From contig MU008150.1 in the NCBI GenBank assembly GCA_010909165.1, positions 1 to 64,000 of the forward strand: DNA of 64,000 bases, read 5' to 3'. The DNA is from Anthoceros angustus (Eukaryota > Plantae > Anthocerotophyta). A program made the translations under genes and the position numbers. The notes under the pieces are model-generated. The model made no database searches. It saw only the letters and a program-made list of their open reading frames with translations, and had not been told where the DNA came from. Positions 53,301 to 64,000 of the stretch are shown in pieces; the first letter of the stretch is position 1, and each line of letters opens with the position of its first letter.

Positions 53301-56300
53301 GCCTACACCTCTCAGCATGAAAACTTTGGTTCCACGCTAGCCTTGACAGCGGCGTGGCGTGTCCACTCGGAAAATCACGAAGTATCTCTCATTCAGTGTT
53401 GTCGTGCATTGCAATGCGGGAATCTTGAGCGATGGGCGGCATTCACGGTGGCGGCGAGAGGGCAGCCTCGGCTCCGGCATGCAACACAAGGCGCGGCGCA
53501 TGGGAGAGGGCAGGGACAGGCGCAACCCGAAGAGGAGCACAGGAGGGACCGCAGCGGTCCCAGCGTGGTCACCGACGCCGGGGAGCCGATGTTCACGGAG
53601 GACTTCGTCACTGCGGGAGTTCGAAGGTGGGCGCCCGCGTCGGCCGGGCCGGTGGTAAGCACCGCCGGTAGAACTCCTATCCTGTCGGGTTCGGTGAAGT
53701 TAAGCGGCGGGAAGATGGTCTAAGACAAGTTGTTTGTGCCGGTGGTGGTCCTTGATGCGGTTGGAATGCTTAGAAGTGACAACGTGCTCGTCGAGAGGCC
53801 TTCGCCGATCGATTGAGCCATTCTCGCTAGAGAGGCGATCCGTGCAGTGAAGAGGCCAAGCGTCTGCGACTCATGGCGATCATCCGGGACCTTCGTGATT
53901 GTTGATGGCGGTGAGTGGGCGAAGTCTGCGGTTGGACATTTATGTAGCGACTCCTATGCTGAAATTGTGTGTCATTAGGGGTCGAGAGGTGCACGATTGG
54001 CGCACAAATTTATCACGTCCCTTGTTTGCCGAGGCAAAGTATGAAATGGCAACACGCCTTTTCTTTGTGCATTCTTATCGTTTGTGTTCCACGCCCGCCG
54101 GTCCCAATGGCCCGTTCAACCACTTGCACACGGCGAGCCTTTCGTGAAGCACTCATCTTGCGGTCGGTGGCTCATGGAGATCGGCAAAGTGAGGACCGAG
54201 TTGTGAAACATCGAGGGCAGGGGATGGAAAAAAGCCTTACAGCTGGCGATGGATGTCATCCTCCGATCATTGGTATGCACAAAACACATGAAGGCGAAGC
54301 CCGACAACAGGCGTGTCACGCCCCGCCTATCATATATCACGCCGTCGAGGCGGGCCAATGTACGTTTTATGACGGCGCTCGGTGGGTCGTCGCGTGAAAT
54401 GCGATGGAAAATTTCCCGCCCGATTACGCATGTAACATAGGGCGAGGAACGCGGATGTGGTTCACAGCCGGCGACAAAGTATCTTCCAGCATCTTCGTGA
54501 GCTGCTTTCCTCTTCTGAGATTGCCGCGTCCGATGGCGTCTAGCAGCAGCGCTCCCAAAGTTCAGGAGGCGGAAGCCCATTCCACTCCCCTGCCTCCTCC
54601 TCATGTTCAACTGTCGCCACGCATCGCAGCCATCTTCAAGCGAGAGCAGGCGGAAGTGGCCATGTCGGGCACGGTCACCACTGTCCGCATCCCTCTTGGA
54701 GGGGGGAAGTGGACGGAAATCCGGTTCCTCTGAAACCCGTTTCACAACACGCTGTTGGGCCCCATCCCTGAAACAGAGAAAAGGAGGACACCCGCCTTTG
54801 AGCGACCGTTTCACAGGAGAAGAATGAGGCCCGACTCAGAACTTGGTGCCGATGTCACGAACATCAGCCACAGCGATATGGCGGGAGCATCATATCTGGA
54901 CATGATCAAAGCGGGTCAATTCAAGCGATTACGCAGCGAAATTATCCGGCGGCTCAAAGCGGACTCTATTCCAAATGGACATGAAGGTTGAGGTGGACGG
55001 CGCTGAAGGAGCTCCGCCCGGTGTGTGTGGACAAGATCACGATGACGTGCGGTGGGCATGGCGAAGAAGAGAACCCGGGTTGGATAAAATGGAAAGGCTG
55101 CGGTAGCGGGTTCTTCTTCATGCGCTTCTTGCGCAAGGCCTTGCGGTGGATCGGGAGTGGCTTGTGGCGTGCTTGGAAATGTGGACAACAACTCCCATGC
55201 GCTGCGGCATCGGAGCTTGATTTTGCGGGGAGGCGCCAAACAACATCGATGTCAATCTTCGTGGCCTGTTCCATTCAAACTTTGCTACTGTCTAATTTGC
55301 TTCCATTGCAAATTAAGTCCCAACGATGCGTTTATGCATGTTAGTTGCATGGTAGAGCAAAAGGAAATCATTTGCAAAACAACGCAAATCGCACTCACGG
55401 CTTGAGAGGCCAAGGTTCAATGGCACTCGGTCTGAGGCAAACCTCAATTGCAAAACAACGTGCCTTCTCTTATTCTCGAAATGACCAATTGTCACCTTAT
55501 CGAGGACACGCTAAAGCCGAGTGCGCAAGCATAAGAAACCACTAAATTGCTTTCTGTTTTCGCAATACCCTGCATTGTGCCTCGCAGCGCCCAGCTTGGC
55601 ACAACACGAGCTAATTTTGGAAGGTCCGGGCGTGGGCGGAGGGCGTTTGTAACGAGGCCATTAGGCTTGTTCCGGTGTAAAAGTGTATGTGCGGTGTCGG
55701 ACAAGCCATCGGTGTGGTTACGCCATGGGCGAGATGACCGAATGTGGCAGCGCATCACGGTGAAACCAAACCTCGCATGGCGCCCCTCCCGATCGGACGC
55801 CCCGTTTTGTATGCCATGGAGCCGTGCAATGGGATTACCGATCGGACGCTGTGATGGATATCCCCGCGATCCGGACAGAGAGGTCAAGTGTTCGGAGCCG
55901 CCAAAGCTCATAAGTTGTTTCTTAAAGCAAAGTGGGTTCACTTGCACTGCCTTGTAGCGAAACGAAACTACTTTATGGGGTGATGGGTGGTTCACCGCTA
56001 GGCGTTGTGGGGAGGTTGCGAGTTCGAGCAACTGCGGCGCATACGCATCTCTGCGCACAACACATGACATATCGCCCGTCTGACGTGGCTTAAGGGCACA
56101 TAGGGAGCAGCGGGCTAAGGCGAAGTGCACGGGGGAGCGAGGAGATGAGAAGGCAGGCGTGCGAGCCGGAGTTAAGGCACCATAGACCACCCTTGCCCAC
56201 ACACGGTGAGCGAAGCGTGGGATTTTGTAACGCCTTTCAGCCGTGAGCAGGAATGTTACTCCGACCGTTACTAGACCCCCTATCCGATTTGTAGTGGCGG

Positions 56301-58599
56301 TGGCGAGTTAAGGTGACAAATGGCAAGGCAAGCGGCTACCAAGTTCGGTCTTTGGCCTTGAGATGGCAGGGAGCCAATAGGTCGAGTAGGAAAAGCACGA
56401 TGGAGGGAGTTTAACCAAGAGTCTCAAGGGCTGTAACGGATCGGTAAATGCCGGCTGAGGCATTGGGGTTTGAGGTTTTGGCTTCATGTTCGAGAGTCGA
56501 GGTCCAAGAGGCGGCGAAGATGAGGAGGACAAGTTCCACAAGGTCCGGTCGCGCCTTACCTCGATGAAGATGTCCTTCCAACACAAAACTGGGCCTCACC
56601 TATGGGAAATGTGCCACAACGGGGTTTGCACGGTGAAGTTTGCAATGGTGACCTCGGACATCCGCTTGGATTGTCCAAGAGTGGGAAGGCCCACATGCCG
56701 ACATGGGTGTATGCCATGCGAGCTGCCGGAATCCCCGCAAGTCTTGCCGACCTCGAGGCAAGGGCGAAGGAGGCGACCTTAACCAAGGATGCCGTTGAGG
56801 AGGCCGTTGAGAAGGCGGCGAAGAGGAGGTTGGCGGAGTTCATCGGCCGGGTAGGGTGTGATTCGAGGACACCATTGCCCGAAAAGGGACCAGCAACTAG
56901 CCTGCGATCGAAGGTGCCTTCAAGCCGAATACACGGCCAATTCTAGCAGGCCGAATTCGAAGGTGAGCCAAGATGAAGGAGTGGCACGATTAACGTGGTG
57001 GTTTGTGATAGCCTCCGGGATCGTGAGATAGGCGATATTTTGGAAGATGCGCGAGGCGGGAAATGGGAAGGCCTGATGAAGTGGATTCATTTGCTTCTAG
57101 GACACCCTTGCCGCGATTTATCACGGATGATCACGAACAATACAATCACAACCTGGGGTCAACCCCATCATGAGCATCATTGGGGATGCTCATCTTTGGG
57201 GTACATGGCGAAATCCCTATGACATGTATGGACGTTGACTTGAGGGCAACAAGCGGCGTGCACCAAAAGCGGAAGAGGAATTTCGACATCCAGGAGGTTC
57301 TTGTCTCATATGCATGAAAGCGGTAAGTATTCTCTGTGAGGAAAATGGGCGTAGGGGAGCATGGTTGCTTTGCGGTGAGGATCCATGCATGGTTGCTTTG
57401 AGCTGATTCGAGGCGATTACAGTTGGGTTTACAGCTGATTACAGGCCGGGCTTATCGAACTGTAACCCGGGCTGGTGCTCGGGCACGAAGTTCGGGCACG
57501 ATACTTGAGCGATAATTGAGGCTGAAGTTCGAATTTTCGATGCCCTGAGTTACTCACGCAAAAGTAGGCTTGTAACTCCATGGTCATTTAATTTTGGGTT
57601 GAGGCGGATTTCGATCATGAGGTTATGTTGCATGAATGTTCTAAATCACAATTGTCTATGTGTTTTGAATGTGCAGTTACATACTCGTGACTTAGCCGTG
57701 GTTTCACGAAGGATAGGGTGCACTACACAATCCGGCATGTGCAACCACTCGATTTTTGGGCACACTACGATCTTGAAGTGCTTCTTATTGAAAGCACCTT
57801 CGTCAAACAATTTCGGGCCCATGGAGCTTTCATTGTATTGTAGCTCGATTAGTGGCACCCGACGAGGCATTGGAAGAATAACTTGAGAAAGGAGGCTAGG
57901 CACTTCTTACATGGGAAGAAAGGGTCGATAAGTATGTGCCCAAGAGCTTGAAGAAGGAGCATTGGGATGTTCTCTTGAAAGCAGAGAAAGATAAAATTTG
58001 GATGGTGTTGTTGCACCCAACAAAAGATTGCTGCTGAGAGGGAAAAACGTCATTTGGTAAGCCATATTCTTGCTTTGGGTTTGGAGGTCAAAAGCAATTC
58101 ATGGACAGTTCGAGCCAAGTTTGATAGGCAAGCAACTTTGGAGATCAAGGTGTGGGATCTAGGCATGGAAATTGGTTGAACAAGGCGAGGCGCATTGGAA
58201 GGAGACTAAAACCACAATTCCATCCTTGGGTCCTCAAGTGGATTACGAAGGGAAAGTCGATAAGGTGAATGTGGAATCTATTGCATGCAGGATATGAGAG
58301 TGCAGTGTGATGAGCAGTGTGGAGGCAATTAGAAGAGGGTCCGGGATGAAGGTTTCATGGTGGAACATCTTCTTCCCGACGATTGAAAAAGGCTAAGAAA
58401 GCCTCACCATAGTTGGTCGGACAATAGAGCTTGCACTTCCACTTTTGTAATCTTCAACCGTAATTGTTGAAGTTCATCTCGTTATGTGGGCTTTGTTCAT
58501 GCGGTTGTATGTTTGTGAAAGAGGGTTGGCGTTCTTTGTCAAATGGAGGCCTTGTGACAAACTAATCTACTACCGATTGTAGGATGCATGCATGTGTAG

Positions 58600-59231
58600 G
58601 CTTTGCCAATATAGCGGTAGTGGAGTTTTTTTGAGACCTCTGTAGATTTTACAACAAACTTGCTTCATTGCAACGCATTCGATTACAACGGACCCCTATC
58701 TCTACTCCGAAACTTTAGCGAGAGCCTTTTACAACGGGTTTGTAAAATGAAAAGCTACTTTTAAACGAACCACATGCGGTCCATTTACAACAAGGTCCGT
58801 TGTAAAGGTACATACTTATTACAGGCTCGTCAGAAAGTTACGCCGATTACAACCATTCGATTAGGTTAATCATGGTTAACTAACGCCAACTAGTTTGTGG
58901 TAATCGAATCCGATTACTTAACCCCGATTAATAAAGTCATGATACTTAGTATATTAACCATGGTTATTGAAGTTGTAAAATGCGTTGTAAGTGTACCGTA
59001 GTAATGTCCGTAAAGGGGTTCCGTTGTAAAAGTTTAACGATTGTACGGACCACCGGTCAAGCCATACAAGTATGGGTTGGACAATACCGTATTCAATACA
59101 TAATATAGCCCTCGTATGCGTATATACTTTTACTATGGATATTACTAAGGTGTGTTTACTACGGGGGTTTTTACTACAGACTTAGTAAAGGCGTTGTAAT
59201 GCCCGTTGTAATTTCCGTTGTAAAAGTATCC
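58600..59231. repeat. CACTA right subterminal repeats
   Basis: Dense TTTACAACG / CGTTGTAA / TTACTAC motifs in both orientations. Confidence 0.85.
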
Positions 59232-59248
59232 TTTTCCTAGTAGTGTCC

Positions 59249-60950
59249 AAGGAGTCCCAAAGGACGAGAAGGGTGAGGAGATGTTGATAGTAGTGACCCA
59301 AAAGTTCATCCAAAAGGCTATTTGAAAGATATAAGGACATTGATGTTAGCAGCAGGAAGAAGATTAACCTTATCGAGCATGCTTTTAGAAAGGCTATGAA
59401 GTGTGCCCACCCTTTGAAGTCACCAAAGCTTTCCCAAACATACCAAAGCCAAGGCTGGCGAAATTTCAAAGCGACATTCGCGACAATGGTAAGTGAATAT
59501 TCAACTCTATATTGTCGGGTCGGTACGCACTCTGTCTGCCGGTCGGCGGTTACCGAACTGGCTTTGGACCTCTCTTGTTTTATTCCCGATGCTTCTTGGT
59601 CGCGCCATGGCGCCTCCACGTTCAAGTAGGTCTCTGACCACCGTGTGTTCCCAAAACCATTTCAGGATTTTGTATATAGCGCGCGTAATTGGAAATGCAT
59701 GGAAGAAGAGCGCAAACGAATGGCGACAAGGACATGGATGCAGTGGCAGTTCGAGTTAGGGTCTTAGCAAAGTTACATACCAGGTAGTGCATCGCGATAT
59801 TTTGGACATGAAAGGATTCTTGCCACCGAGGAGGTATACTCTTCTATGCGACCTCCCTCGGGTTCTGATGACATGAGAATGACAAGTCGTTCGTTGAAGA
59901 AGAATTGAAAGAGCTCATCAGCTCTTTCAACGAGAAGACCACTAGCAATGTGTTCCGTATAGTTCTGATGCATGGAGTGGAGGGGGTGATTCAAGCTAGG
60001 GAGGCTTTGAGGTCGTGGTGTAGGAAAGGAGTCATACAAACCACGGTATGGGAGAAAACTAACATCCCACCTAACGTTGGTCTTTGTGAAGCAGGGGAAT
60101 ATATGATGGGAGCCTTGGTGAAGATAGAGTCCAATGTTGGGGCTCCTCTTTTGAGGAAAGACAACAAGCAGTGCTCCCAAGAGTTATCCGGCATGGGCTG
60201 TGGTGAAGAAGCTCATTTACCACCGGTTATAAGATGGTCGTATCTCCATATCGAAACCTTTGGGCTTATTGGGCATGTTGGTGAACATGTTCTCCAACAA
60301 AAATGGATTATTGGCCTTTGTCAGGATCGGGGTCATTTTGGTGGCAAATTGATTCAAAGGAGCGTTGTGGCCATTGACAAAAGGCGCATGATGCTCAATG
60401 TATATGTTGCAAAGTCAGCAGGTTGGGCCTGCGGATGAGTTCGAAGAAACAACGGAGATAAGTTTTCGTGGGGCCACAGAAAGTTTGGGCAAAGAAGATC
60501 ATGCGAGCGGTGGCATTGATAGGAAAATGCAAGTGTATAGCTTGCTTGGAAGAAGGAGGTCGAGAATGAAGGACTCCACGGACCTCGGGACGGCGGTTGA
60601 AGATTAGCATTGGCGATATGGGATGAAAAGCGGCACACTACCACCTGAGACAGGCTCCAGCGTTTACATTTTGCGGGTTGAAGGTGATGACTTTGGTGAC
60701 ACGGAAAGGACTTTGGAAAATGTAGAAGCGGTGCAGTTCAAAGGTTAATTTGGTTGAAGTAGATGATCCTTTGGGCGGTCGGGACTTGTAGATAGTTGGG
60801 GCTCTGTCAGGTTAACGGTTCAATTCCGTTTTGACTCTTTGGAAAAGCCACAATTTGATTTGAATGTATCTTGCCTTTTGGATCCATAATCTTTGGCACT
60901 ATGCCCTTTCCACCGGATATACGGCAGAATGCGGACGTGTATCTTGAAAC
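59249..60950 (+). pseudogene. 3' part of the same decayed gene: beta-class N4/N6 DNA methyltransferase-like domain
   Basis: Across frameshifts: VVHRDILDMKGFLPPRRYTLLCDLP (59784-59858), VWEKTN (~60046), KPLGLLGMLVNMFSNK (60254-60301), WIIGLC/GSGSF (60304-60338), RSVVAIDK (60358-60381). Confidence 0.6.
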
Positions 60951-61380
60951 AAAAGTGTGCATAAATTGAAAAGAAACCCTATTTTACTTACATTGTTCTT
61001 AGTAGAACCTACCTTAAAGCACATCTATTTTAAAAACACTTGTTTTGGTTGATATGAGATAGGGGTGGCAACCTTCTCTCAAAGCGCAAAAGGGGCTTTT
61101 AAGAATCGGCCGTTATTGAGAAGACACTGTTCAACGTGCTTGAAGTTCTATTTTAAGGTCTTTTATTCAATTGAGGATTCATGCAAGGCGCTCTTTTCAT
61201 CAATCTCCTATGACTCTAAGAAATTTCTATCTAATAGATCCAAAAGATCTTGATCTAGACCAACACGCTAGTTGTACATATGTCCACTTTAAATACTCCT
61301 CCCATTATGTGTTTTCTTAGTGGCCTCTTCCATGGACCCTTCTTGGGTCACTCTCCAAGGACTCTAAGTTTGTGTGTTTA

Positions 61381-61432
<52 letters not shown>

Positions 61433-61885
61433 TGTGTGAGTGTGTGAGTGTGTGAGGTGTGAGTGTGTGAGTGTGTGAGTGTGAGTGTGTGAGTGTGTGA
61501 GTGTGAGTGTGAGTGTGTGAGTGTGAGTGTGTAGAGTGTGGTGTGTGAGTGTGTGAGTGTGTGTGTGAGTGTGTGAGTGTGAGTGTGTGAGGTGTGTGAG
61601 TGTGAGTGTGGTGTGTGAGTGTGTGAGGTGTGAGTGTGTGTGAGTGTGTGAGTGTGAGTGTGTGAGTGTGTGAGTGTGTGAGTGTGTGAGTGTGAGGTGT
61701 GTGAGTGTGTGAGTGTGTGAGTGTGTGTGTGAGTGTGTGAGTGTGAGGTGTGTGAGTGTGAGTGTGAGTGTGTGAGTGTGAGTGTGTGAGGTGTGTGAGT
61801 GTGTGAGTGTGTGAGTGTGAGTGTGAGTGTGTGAGTGTGTGAGTGTGAGTGTGTGAGTGTGTGAGTGTGAGTGTGTGAGTGTGGA
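61381..61885. repeat. Compound microsatellite: pure (TG)n grading into TG/TGAG mosaic
   Basis: Directly visible. The His/Thr-rich ORFs at 61317-62149 are artefacts of it. Confidence 0.97.
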
Positions 61886-64000
61886 GTTTATGCGAGCTGC
61901 AAGAGTGTGTGCGCATGAGGCCCGGTGTGAGAGCCTATGAGCACACAGGAGCTTGTGAGCCAGGGAGCCTATGAGCCTTGAGCACAGAGGCGAGAGTGCA
62001 GCAGCACAACTGTGAGGCGAGCACAGCAGGCTGTGAAAGCCTATGAGCTTGTGAGGCGGGAGGCGACAACAGAGCTGTGAGGCGGCGGCTGTGAGCTGGT
62101 GAGAGCTTGTGAGCACTGTGTGGAAGGAAAACCCGGGCTTGAGATTCACCCTCTAGTGGCCACATTTATCCACATGCTAAATACAATGGGTTTAGTCCCA
62201 TGAGACTCTTGTTTGTCAGTCACCATCATCCAAGGCACAAACACACACCTCTTCACACCCCCAAGCTCCCTCACAATGGAGCAACCTCAACTCACTCCCA
62301 TGAGACAGCGACCACGCCTCACCGTCTTGCTCAGTCAATCACCTTACCTACTAGCGACACCCTCGACTATAGGTCCACACGGTGGGTCGGTGAGCTACAT
62401 GTAGGGACCCCCTCGTTGCAGCGCGACTTCACCACCCGTGATCTTCCACTATTCCTTTCCCATTGCCTTCCCACAATTGGCACATCCTCAACCACCAACT
62501 CTCGGCGGCAGCGCGCCATGTTGCTCCATCGAATCGCCGCCTCGGGACCTACAACCAACAAACAATTGTAGGGCCTACCCTCCTACCACTTGTAGGAGAT
62601 CTAGTGCATTGGTGGGCGGCACCCTCATTCCTACGTGGGAGAGACACCCTATCCCAGCATGCAGGCGCATCCTACCACGGTAGGGGTCGCGCACTGGCGG
62701 TGACATAGTTACCTCGCCCTAGTTCAAGGCCTCTCCAACTTCCGGCCCCAGCGCTCCAACTACAACTGCGCCCACAAAACTCCACATTGGCGGCCCGACA
62801 CCTCCCACCTTTGCTCAGATCTCGCTCCTACAGCGACATCCCTGTCATAGGTCCGCCCTATGATGGTCCACCGCATGCACATAGGGACCCCCTAGGGCAG
62901 CGCGACTTCTCCACCCGTGATTTTGAGACCTTAGCCCGGCTTCCGGTCTCGGTTTGGTGCGGTTGGGACCCCTCCCTTGGGCTCGACTTGGGCCTTCTTC
63001 TTACTCCTAATCTCTACCTCCTCTACTCAACATTCGCTCCACATTCTCCTCAACACTCACCTCAACTCAACTCCTCATCCTCCTAATCTAACCTTACTTC
63101 AAGCCTAGCTCGCCCTTAGCTGGCGCAGTCTACCTACAAGCTAGCAAGTTCTTCCTTGGGCGGTTGCTATGAGTTTGCACCAGACGGTGAGAACCTCCGA
63201 GTCTTTCCTGTAGTCTACCCTCAAGCAGAGTTCCTTGGGCATCGCCACACCCAAAGCAAAGCAATTTCGCAACCATTCACAAGGAGCAACTGCGGGCGCC
63301 GAGGCGAGCCCTCATAGCGCCGACCATAAACTCCCTCTCTACGGACAACGCGTTAGCTTATGACGCACGAAATTCCTTCACAAGGCAAAGGACTCGCGAG
63401 TTTGGGAGGCGCAAGGCGTGATATTTTCTTCTCAAAACCTGCCTTATATAGGGCTCATATAAGGCCTCCCTTGGCCACACCTCTCCCTTACTTTTCCACT
63501 CGTTCTTCCTCAACCACTATAAACTATAGCGCCTAAAGCCAGCATTGAAGCTACTACTCCACTTGCTTCCGGCCATCATAACAACCAACATAGAATCCTC
63601 CCAAACTCCCTTAACATGATAATTTTTGAAGGGGTGAATAATCTCGAAGGGGTTTCATCGCAAATAATCTCTGAAGGGGGTTTTTGATGGGCCCTAAAAC
63701 AGCGTTTTGAAGGCATTGCGAAAAACAGCTCGAAAAAAGGTGTCATCCGGTAAAGTTACTACTTTCCATCCGGCAATGTTTGTGAATGGTGGTGAAACTC
63801 GAACCTAGAACACGATAATTTTTGAAGGGGGATATCTGACCTTGGTCATCACAACACCCACCTTGTCGAAGAACACCTTACCTAGAGCGACATATATGCC
63901 CTACTTTGATAATGCACACACCTTTACGAGGTCATACCGTGATAAAGAGCGCACTTTCAAGTGAACACCCTAGAATTGGAGCCACGATGGCGTGTGGGCC

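Larger units (their letters stand above)
41654..59245 (-). mobile_element. CACTA (En/Spm) DNA transposon, 17,592 bp, intact termini, decayed internal ORFs
   Basis: Left end CACTACTAGGAAAA at 41654 and right end TTTTCCTAGTAGTG at 59232-59245 form a 14-bp perfect TIR. 3-bp TSD TCC at 41651-41653 and 59246-59248. Internal Tnp2-type transposase. Confidence 0.97.

Noticed and set aside
61317-62149. His/Thr-rich 199-aa and 261-aa ORFs
   Set aside because: They are translations of the TG/TGAG microsatellite.

Overview
Eukaryotic nuclear DNA from a gene-dense plant genome with short GT-AG introns; a non-seed land plant (bryophyte/lycophyte grade) is my inference. Left to right: (1) a decayed DDE-type (Sola/DUF7869-like) transposase carrying a ~220-bp multi-hairpin insertion. 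(2) A tandemly duplicated block at 6.3-17.7 kb with two intronless poly(A) polymerase copies (one frameshifted, one C-terminally truncated), one intact 7-exon membrane-anchored BAG-domain gene not visible in the ORF track, three decayed BAG fragments and several minisatellites. (3) Ordinary host genes: PLATZ, an Aa_trans amino-acid transporter, SUD1/DOA10 E3 ligase, an intronless MOSC protein and a RecQ helicase. (4) A 17.6-kb CACTA transposon with perfect 14-bp TIRs and a TCC target-site duplication (41654-59245). It splits a decayed gene whose 5' half looks ParB-like and whose 3' half carries the motif order of a beta-class N4/N6 DNA methyltransferase. (5) A compound TG/TGAG microsatellite and unresolved repeat debris. 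All assignments come from manual translation and motif recall; no database searches were run.
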